A DNA stretch of 64,000 nt from a virus. Shown here piece after piece: positions 57,536-64,000 of this stretch. The notes below the pieces were generated by a model. That model had not been told where the DNA came from. It saw only the letters and a program-made list of their open reading frames with translations, and searched no databases. Numbering within the stretch: position 1 is the stretch's first letter; every line of letters starts with the position of its first letter. Made by a program: the position numbers and the translations under genes. The DNA lies in the IMG/VR virus record IMGVR_UViG_3300043465_002420; one strand, given 5' to 3'.

Positions 57536-58544
57536 TGTTATACCTCTGATTTATTGATATCTTATCTAATATAGTTTGAGCTTGATTTTTAATTGATTTT
57601 TGCAAATCACTAAGATGAAAAAATTCCAAAATTCTAGGACATCCACATATACTTTCGCTATTTGCAAATCTATTCAATAACCATATTTTTGTTTTATAAA
57701 TATTTGAATCAAAAATTGAAAAATTATTGTCGTGACCAAATCCAATTATATCAAACAAATCATTTAAGGATATAATGTTGTTTTTATCTAAATTTTTTAT
57801 ATATGAAAAATCTTTTTTTTTCACATTATCTATGAAGCTTACAAACATAAGAACCCAATTTTTTATATCTTCGCAATCTAAAGAGCCTTCTGGCCATCGT
57901 AACTCTAAAGTCTTTCTTAAATTCGTTTTTAATCGCAAAGCATTATAAAAATTAACTAAATTTAAATTTTTTCTTCTTGCCATATGATCATCTATCTGTG
58001 GCCTGTATATATTAAAAACTCCCCTATAACCATAATTTTTATACTGGTAAGGAATTAAATTGAAATCGAATTTTGGTTTTAAATTTTGACAATATTTGTT
58101 ATCCCATCTTCTTATTGGGAGGGCAAACATAAGTATTGGCTCTATTGTAAGCCAATACATTAAGATTCTTCCAACAGATTCTTCATCCAAATCTATAGCA
58201 TCCGCATGAATATGAAGACCACAATTGTCATTAACTATTCCGCCATGATCTTTTATTTTTTTAACTATTTTCAAAATATGATGCAGATCTTTTAACGAAG
58301 AGCAAACAAAGGTTGCTATTTCTACTCCATTTGGGCCATCAGAACCTCTAGGGCCACAACTTCCATCGGTTTTTACATGCCAATTTTTATTGTCGTAAGA
58401 TACGGCATATCTAGAAACTTTAACACCACGATTAGAATTTTCATTTATAATTTCTTTTATTTTTTTCTTAGATAAATTATTTGACAATTCGATTTCAATT
58501 CCGAATCTTCTGGATGACGAAAAATCTTTAAAATTTATTATCAT
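57528..58544 (-). CDS. Putative amidoligase (COOH-NH2 ligase, Amidoligase_2 type)
   Basis: RRFGIEIE, WHVKTDGS, GVEIAT, NDNCGLHIH, TLELRW. Confidence 0.88.
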   Translation of the reverse strand: MIINFKDFSSSRRFGIEIELSNNLSKKKIKEIINENSNRGVKVSRYAVSYDNKNWHVKTDGSCGPRGSDGPNGVEIATFVCSSLKDLHHILKIVKKIKDHGGIVNDNCGLHIHADAIDLDEESVGRILMYWLTIEPILMFALPIRRWDNKYCQNLKPKFDFNLIPYQYKNYGYRGVFNIYRPQIDDHMARRKNLNLVNFYNALRLKTNLRKTLELRWPEGSLDCEDIKNWVLMFVSFIDNVKKKDFSYIKNLDKNNIISLNDLFDIIGFGHDNNFSIFDSNIYKTKIWLLNRFANSESICGCPRILEFFHLSDLQKSIKNQAQTILDKISINQRYNNV

Positions 58545-58822
58545 TATTGATCCAGATCCACCAACCCATTTTGTTGCCTACTTCTTCTTAAAACCTCATT
58601 AAGTTCTTCTTCATATTTTTGATCCCAATTTTTCGTCAGAGGAACATCTGCTTCTGCGTTTTGTAAAGAATTTTCTGTTTGCCCTAATACATTTAAAACA
58701 TCAATAAAAAAACCCTTTTGCTCTTCTCTCAATCTGACCAAAAAGCTACTAAGATAAAATAAAATTATCGTATTTAAAATAAGAAAAAACAAAACGATTA
58801 TATCAAAAATTAAATTTTGCAT
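58544..58822 (-). CDS. Single-TM hypothetical protein
   Basis: Start re-called at MQNLIFD. Confidence 0.6.
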   Translation of the reverse strand: MQNLIFDIIVLFFLILNTIILFYLSSFLVRLREEQKGFFIDVLNVLGQTENSLQNAEADVPLTKNWDQKYEEELNEVLRRSRQQNGLVDLDQ

Positions 58823-58827
58823 TTTTT

Positions 58828-60960
58828 TTACAAATAAAACTGTGTTGGTGCCTGTGGTCTGATTGAAGTAATATCGATTACCGAAACATCTAACAATGTA
58901 AGTTTCTCTAAAATTCTGCAATTAAGAGTGTTGGCATCCCAGTATGTTCCATTAAACAAACCTATACTATCATATATTGTAAAATTATCAACAACAACAT
59001 TAAAATTATTTATTACGAAATTATCTCTAAAATGAACATTAATAGTAAAATCAAGACCATACGAACTTGCACTAACACATATATCCTCTGATGGAAAATA
59101 GGCTAAAATTCTACTATCGACATCGTCACCAGTTACAAGATTTGTCTTGTTTACATACAATGAAAATTTCCAAAGATTAGAACTTAGTTCATTTTCTCCA
59201 AAATAATTAACACAAGACCACTCAATGTTAATCTGCCATTTTTCGGCAACATTTGTACTTCCTATGCCTGTAAAAGAAAATGATCTCTGCCAAGATTCTG
59301 TTCTTGCACTGTAAAACATTTCAATGTTTTCACTTAATGAAAATCCATTGTTATCTAAAAATTTCTTTAGTACCGTGGCCTTGTCAAAATTATGCTTTAA
59401 ATAAAGTAATTTTGGAATTGCATCACACAAACCACACGCTGTATTAATTGTTTCGGATATCGGAATCATTACTTGATCCACAGATTCTGAAAAACTTACT
59501 TCAAAATTACTAATTTCTACAGCCATACCCATACCAATATTATCTGCAAAGAATAATGATGATGCAATAGTTCCAGAAAGATCAATTATTCCGCTTCCTT
59601 TATATTTATAGCCTGACAAAAATGACAAAGAAGATTCCTCTAGCAATATTGGAGATAATATTGTTGTGTACCAGAAATCTCCCAAAGAAGAATCTCTAGC
59701 CTCGCCTGTTCCATCAATCAAAATGAAACCAGAATCTGCTTCATAGGCATACGAAGCGACCTTTACAAATATGGAACCACCTACTGTAATTGCTCCATCA
59801 GATTCATAATAAAAATATGGCGACACAATTGAAGCGGTGCCAAAAATAAAAGCATTGCCTTCTGCATAGTTCCAAATATATGGCGTACCTGAAATGGATA
59901 TCCCACTAACTAAAACTACACCATTAGCATTTTGCAATATGGGATATTCTGCTTCCCCATAAATAATTATCCCAGCATAAGTCGGATATGTATCGCTTTT
60001 TCCAGTAGAAACAAAACTTAATTTGAATCGCACCAAAGCATCATTAGAAACAACGATACTTCCCGATCCATTATATCTCCAACTAGGACTTATAATTTCT
60101 GGATTGCCTCCTACAATTATATTTCCACTTCCTTCAAATGTTCGATACGAATACACAAGTTCAGATTCCCCATAAATTAAAGAATCTCCAGATCCAATGT
60201 AGCCGAAGTAATTATTTGAAAATTCTGCCGAACCAGACAATAAAATTATTCCAGACCCAACATACGAAGATGTTAATTTGACACTTCCGCCAATTACAAT
60301 ACCTCCAGTGGCAGCAAAAACATTCATTTTAAGTACACTTGTAGAAACTCCCATTTTCACTGTTGGTGTTGGTAAAACGGTAAATTGTAAACATTGTGGT
60401 ATTTGAGAAAATGGAACAGGTTCAAAGCATTGAGATGTTGGAACAAATTCGCCATTTGTTGCTATGCCAGTAGATCCAATTGCAAAAAAAGATTCAATTG
60501 GATGAACAGATCTTTCTATGGTTTCAATTGGCCAAGTCCAATTAACATCGCTTAGAAATTGACAAACTTCTTGCAAATTTCTTGCAATTAGTTCTTGAAA
60601 CATTCTATTTAAACCATTTGGTATTCCACAAAATGGTATATAATCAGAATTATAATATTGACGACCAGTAACTCTGAATGTTCTTAATGGCAATTCGCCA
60701 ACATTATAAGAAAAATCATAAGATGCTTCAAACGATTGATTAATATCGTATGAGAAACTATATAAAAAATCTATATTAAAATTATATAATGAAGATGTAG
60801 TATTTGTAGCATTTATAAATCCATCCGATACATATTTTGGACGACAAACACAAATTGATGATCCATAAATAGTTAAATATCCTGAACCTTTATATGCATT
60901 AGATTCATCACCATCTCCATATATCGCAATGCCACCAGTAGCTTCGTAGTTATAGATCAT
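58828..60960 (-). CDS. Large repeat-containing beta-rich protein (candidate virion structural protein)
   Basis: 710 aa; about 12 imperfect YxGSGxIxxxG repeats; Cys-containing inserts. Confidence 0.6.
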   Translation of the reverse strand: MIYNYEATGGIAIYGDGDESNAYKGSGYLTIYGSSICVCRPKYVSDGFINATNTTSSLYNFNIDFLYSFSYDINQSFEASYDFSYNVGELPLRTFRVTGRQYYNSDYIPFCGIPNGLNRMFQELIARNLQEVCQFLSDVNWTWPIETIERSVHPIESFFAIGSTGIATNGEFVPTSQCFEPVPFSQIPQCLQFTVLPTPTVKMGVSTSVLKMNVFAATGGIVIGGSVKLTSSYVGSGIILLSGSAEFSNNYFGYIGSGDSLIYGESELVYSYRTFEGSGNIIVGGNPEIISPSWRYNGSGSIVVSNDALVRFKLSFVSTGKSDTYPTYAGIIIYGEAEYPILQNANGVVLVSGISISGTPYIWNYAEGNAFIFGTASIVSPYFYYESDGAITVGGSIFVKVASYAYEADSGFILIDGTGEARDSSLGDFWYTTILSPILLEESSLSFLSGYKYKGSGIIDLSGTIASSLFFADNIGMGMAVEISNFEVSFSESVDQVMIPISETINTACGLCDAIPKLLYLKHNFDKATVLKKFLDNNGFSLSENIEMFYSARTESWQRSFSFTGIGSTNVAEKWQINIEWSCVNYFGENELSSNLWKFSLYVNKTNLVTGDDVDSRILAYFPSEDICVSASSYGLDFTINVHFRDNFVINNFNVVVDNFTIYDSIGLFNGTYWDANTLNCRILEKLTLLDVSVIDITSIRPQAPTQFYL

Positions 60961-61676
60961 TTCCTTACATTCATTTCTTCAAACTTATCTAATATTCCAG
61001 CAATCAAGGGATGTCTTACGATTGAGCAAGCCTTGAACCTTATGACAGCAACTCCCTTTAGTTCTTCCATTTTATTGGCTATTTCTAATAACGATGAATT
61101 GCCTCCATTTATATCACTTTGATCTGGGTCTCCCGTGATAATCATTTTGCTATTATGTCCAAATCTAGTCATAAATAGTTTAATTTGTGTTTTAGTTGCA
61201 TTTTGAGCTTCATCAAATATGCAAACAGAATCTTTAAAGGTTCTGCCACGGCAAAAAGCTATAGGTGCAATTTCCATTGATTTATTTATTATTTCTCTTT
61301 GTGGTCCGTCTTTGCCAAGACAAGTCTCCATACAGTCATACATTGGCATCATATAAGGATTTAACTTCTCTTCTATGCCTCCAGGCAAAAAACCAAGGCT
61401 TTCTCCAGCTTCAACAACTGGTCTGGTTAGAATTATTTTCTTTCTTTTTAATGCTAAGATTTCACTTATAGCAAAAGCACAAGATAATTGCGTCTTGCCA
61501 CATCCAGCAGGGCCAAGTAAAAATAAAACATCATGTTGATCAAAAGCACCCCAAGCCAATCTTTGAGCTTGATTCATGAATTCAAAATGAAAATTTTGAC
61601 TTGTAGAAGCGTGGTTTGGTTTTGGTATTTCTTGTTTTTTGTTTTTATAGACAACTTTTCTTTTTGATCTAGACAT
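60957..61676 (-). CDS. phoH: PhoH-family ATPase
   Basis: GPAGCGKT, TRPVVEAGESLGFLPG, RGRTF, DEAQN, GDPDQSD, VRHPL. Confidence 0.96.
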   Translation of the reverse strand: MSRSKRKVVYKNKKQEIPKPNHASTSQNFHFEFMNQAQRLAWGAFDQHDVLFLLGPAGCGKTQLSCAFAISEILALKRKKIILTRPVVEAGESLGFLPGGIEEKLNPYMMPMYDCMETCLGKDGPQREIINKSMEIAPIAFCRGRTFKDSVCIFDEAQNATKTQIKLFMTRFGHNSKMIITGDPDQSDINGGNSSLLEIANKMEELKGVAVIRFKACSIVRHPLIAGILDKFEEMNVRK

Positions 61677-61754
61677 TATTTGTTTCCTGATAAATAGTTA
61701 GTTTCTAACATATATATCAATTGAAATGACAAATAATCAGCATAAGGCAAATAT

Positions 61755-62225
61755 ATGTTAACCAATAATTTTAAATTATTTTTTGAAGAAAAAGAAATGG
61801 AAGATGTAAAGAAGCTTTTAAATAAGTTGCCTACAAGTCATAAAAAATTGATCCATGGATTCAAATTCAAATATACTGGTAATAATACTTTAAATGGCGA
61901 TAAAAAACATGTTGGTGTAATTTATGGAAAAAAAATTGAGGTCGCTGCCCCTTGGAATTACAGCAGAGAATTTACCACATTGCACGAAATAGCACATTTG
62001 ATTTGGTCTCATAAATTAACGCCTAAATTAAAAAAAGAATGGGCAAAACTTTTAAAATCAACAAAAAAAGAAATGAATAAAAAAGAAATTTCAAAATCTT
62101 CTTTAAATCAAGGTGCTGAAGAGATTTTTGCGATGAGTTATGCAAATTATTATTCAAAACATAAAATTTTGACATATAATCATCCAAAGTGGATGGATTT
62201 TATAAAAGAAAAAGTACCAGACTAA
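61755..62225 (+). CDS. Zincin metallopeptidase (lethal-factor-like HExxH...EExFA) with capsid-targeting-like N-terminus
   Basis: TLHEIAHL and EEIFAMSY; starts MLTNNFKLFFEE. Confidence 0.7.
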   Translation: MLTNNFKLFFEEKEMEDVKKLLNKLPTSHKKLIHGFKFKYTGNNTLNGDKKHVGVIYGKKIEVAAPWNYSREFTTLHEIAHLIWSHKLTPKLKKEWAKLLKSTKKEMNKKEISKSSLNQGAEEIFAMSYANYYSKHKILTYNHPKWMDFIKEKVPD

Positions 62226-62944
62226 ATTGGTTTAGATTGAACTTGGCTTACCAGTTTTGGCAATATCGTAACAGCTTCTTCTTGAAGCTTTTCATATTCG
62301 TTGATTCCCAAGCTAAATATTTTATAATGATGAACTACTGGGGTTTTCATTATTTGTGGCTTAAAACCTCTGCTTTGAGATTTCATAGTCATAATAAAGC
62401 TTGTTCCAATTTGTGGTAACTCTTCTGGCCAAGGTCCAATATCATCCCAGCAATCTCTAGTCATCAAAATAAGATGATCAGTAATGAAACCAACATCTTG
62501 ATTGCCAACTGTATATGTTTGACTATCCAATCCAATAAATCCAGAAGATGTAGATTCGCTTACATTAAGAAGTAAATCTAACCAACTAGGATTGGTGATT
62601 ACGACATCGCAATGCATAAAAATAAGATATTTTGAATTTTTGTCAGCAGCCTTTGCACCCTTGTTACATGCAGCAGACCAATATAGATTTTTTTCATTTC
62701 TGACAACCTTAACGGTGCCTTCTATATCATCCAAAAAATCTTGGGATTCTTTATCACTACCATTGTCAACAACTATGATTTCGTAGTTACTATTAAAAGA
62801 TGTGACACAAATACTTTGTAGCGTAAGATTCAAATATTCGGGTCTATCTTTATGAACTATAATGATTGATATTTGCTCATCACTATAATTTTTTAAAGAT
62901 ACTGTTAATTCTGATTTTTTATTTTCTAAAGTATTGTCGCTCAT
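62222..62944 (-). CDS. Glycosyltransferase family 2
   Basis: ISIIIVH, VVDNGS, WSAACNKG, FMHCDV. Confidence 0.88.
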   Translation of the reverse strand: MSDNTLENKKSELTVSLKNYSDEQISIIIVHKDRPEYLNLTLQSICVTSFNSNYEIIVVDNGSDKESQDFLDDIEGTVKVVRNEKNLYWSAACNKGAKAADKNSKYLIFMHCDVVITNPSWLDLLLNVSESTSSGFIGLDSQTYTVGNQDVGFITDHLILMTRDCWDDIGPWPEELPQIGTSFIMTMKSQSRGFKPQIMKTPVVHHYKIFSLGINEYEKLQEEAVTILPKLVSQVQSKPI

Positions 62945-62946
62945 CT

Positions 62947-63159
62947 TTATTCCTCAATTTCTAATTCAAAAACGCCTCTAGTACACAGACACTGAATTGG
63001 TCCTGTTGGAGTTTGAATTGATTCTGTATAATTTTTTGCAAGTTTATTTGCGTATTGTTCCGCCTTATTAGATTCACGAAAAGCCTTTTCTGGCTTTAGT
63101 ACAATGTATTCGCCTTCGACCTGCCTAGCAACGCTTATTACTGCAAATATTTTTTCCAT
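62947..63159 (-). CDS. Small hypothetical protein
   Basis: 70 aa ORF. Confidence 0.6.
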   Translation of the reverse strand: MEKIFAVISVARQVEGEYIVLKPEKAFRESNKAEQYANKLAKNYTESIQTPTGPIQCLCTRGVFELEIEE

Positions 63160-63186
63160 GAAATAATCTAGTTACTTATTTTAAAT

Positions 63187-63678
63187 TTAAATTTCTTTTA
63201 ATCCATTTGGAACGATCAAAGGTTTTTGATCTTCACTTTTAATATCTATTCCATTATCAAAATCTTCCGTTTGCATGTCAATATAATCATTAATTTTGGG
63301 TTCTTTTCTCAAAGTATCTGTTACTACAGAAGATTTTTTAATTTCTGGTGCTTTGAAATCATCATTTAAAGAATCTAATTTTTTATAGTTATCATCCCCC
63401 AATTCGCCAACAAATAAAGGCCTATCCTTTTTCGTTATCATTTGAGCCTTACTCAAATGTTGACGAAAATTTTTACCAAATGAACTGTATGCATTGCTTG
63501 GGTATTTGCTAACCATTTTTTTGAGTTCATTTTTTATAGATTCATCATATTCTTTTTTGTCAATCCAAGCAAAAACCTTATCTAAGGTCAACATTCTAAA
63601 GTCTCTTTGCTCTTCTCGATCTGGATTGTTTAAATTTACAACTTTAAAATTTATTGATTCTGCACTGTGATGGCTCAT
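63187..63678 (-). CDS. Hypothetical protein
   Basis: 163 aa; AAGGA SD. Confidence 0.65.
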   Translation of the reverse strand: MSHHSAESINFKVVNLNNPDREEQRDFRMLTLDKVFAWIDKKEYDESIKNELKKMVSKYPSNAYSSFGKNFRQHLSKAQMITKKDRPLFVGELGDDNYKKLDSLNDDFKAPEIKKSSVVTDTLRKEPKINDYIDMQTEDFDNGIDIKSEDQKPLIVPNGLKEI

Positions 63679-63977
63679 ATTTTATCCTTTGTTTCATTCA
63701 TGTTTTGATATTCTTTTATTTCTTTAGTAATCCCAAAAAACTCCATATTTCCCATTTGAGCGTTTTTTATGTTCTCCTTTATGTATTCTGGAATTTCAAA
63801 AGAAATTGTCTTTATTGGTGTTTCATAATATCCACCAATATATTCTCCAATTTTATTTTTTATTTCTGCGTCAATTTGACCTATTGGCATAACTTTTTTC
63901 TGCTCATTGTCATAAAAAACAATGACCGATTTTTGATTTCCATCATCATCAATCATGTTTATTTCAAATGTAGTCAA
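63675..63977 (-). CDS. Hypothetical protein
   Basis: 100 aa; TTG start near the window edge. Confidence 0.55.
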   Translation of the reverse strand: MTTFEINMIDDDGNQKSVIVFYDNEQKKVMPIGQIDAEIKNKIGEYIGGYYETPIKTISFEIPEYIKENIKNAQMGNMEFFGITKEIKEYQNMNETKDKI

Positions 63978-64000
63978 TAAATTGGCAGATAATATTTGCA

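Noticed and set aside
1170-63980. Antisense or overlapping shadow ORFs in the track (for example 1170-1514, 10161-10412, 17213-17521, 33236-33658, 49403-49633, 53412-53699, 63654-63980)
   Set aside because: They lie wholly opposite or within better-supported genes, have no SD and no motifs, and show composition typical of AT-rich antisense frames.
1-64000. Alternative genetic code (TAG or TGA recoding)
   Set aside because: Known domains are full length in code 11, genes abut tightly, and both TGA and TAG end genes at sensible positions (for example 8383 and 42212).
1-64000. CRISPR array, tRNA, rRNA, integrase, transposase or reverse transcriptase
   Set aside because: No repeat-spacer periodicity, T-loop or cloverleaf motifs, or catalytic signatures seen by eye; tRNAscan-SE and Infernal were not run.

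Overview
AT-rich, gene-dense 64 kb segment read in standard code 11, with about 100 short to medium ORFs on both strands and frequent strand switches. It is best explained as part of a very large tailed-phage (jumbo, T4-like) genome, probably infecting a Planctomycetota host. This is inference: no capsid, terminase or portal gene lies in the window. Content: (i) about 16 proteins with an N-terminal T4-type capsid-targeting-like motif (M-x-x-F-x-[EQN]-[WYF]-x-x-E), several placed 4-5 nt behind a T4-like late promoter (TAAATA), so apparently leaderless; they include a C39 peptidase, a zincin protease, a 2H-phosphoesterase-like protein and a three-member paralog family. (ii) A glycan building and tailoring kit: nine glycosyltransferases (GT2 x6, GT4, GT8-like, GT9-like), five SAM methyltransferases, a sulfotransferase, a PaaK/CapK-like ligase, a GH130-like propeller and a GNA1-like acetyltransferase. 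(iii) A host-takeover regulatory set: a host-like sigma-70, a second very divergent sigma-like protein, two CsrA, ClpX, ParB, nucleoid-protein-like genes and PhoH. (iv) An amidoligase, a gamma-glutamylcyclotransferase and an amidohydrolase, plus four HNH genes and a helicase with five 68-aa repeats. No tRNA, rRNA, CRISPR array, integrase, transposase or reverse transcriptase was seen. All product calls come from motif recognition by eye, not database searches.
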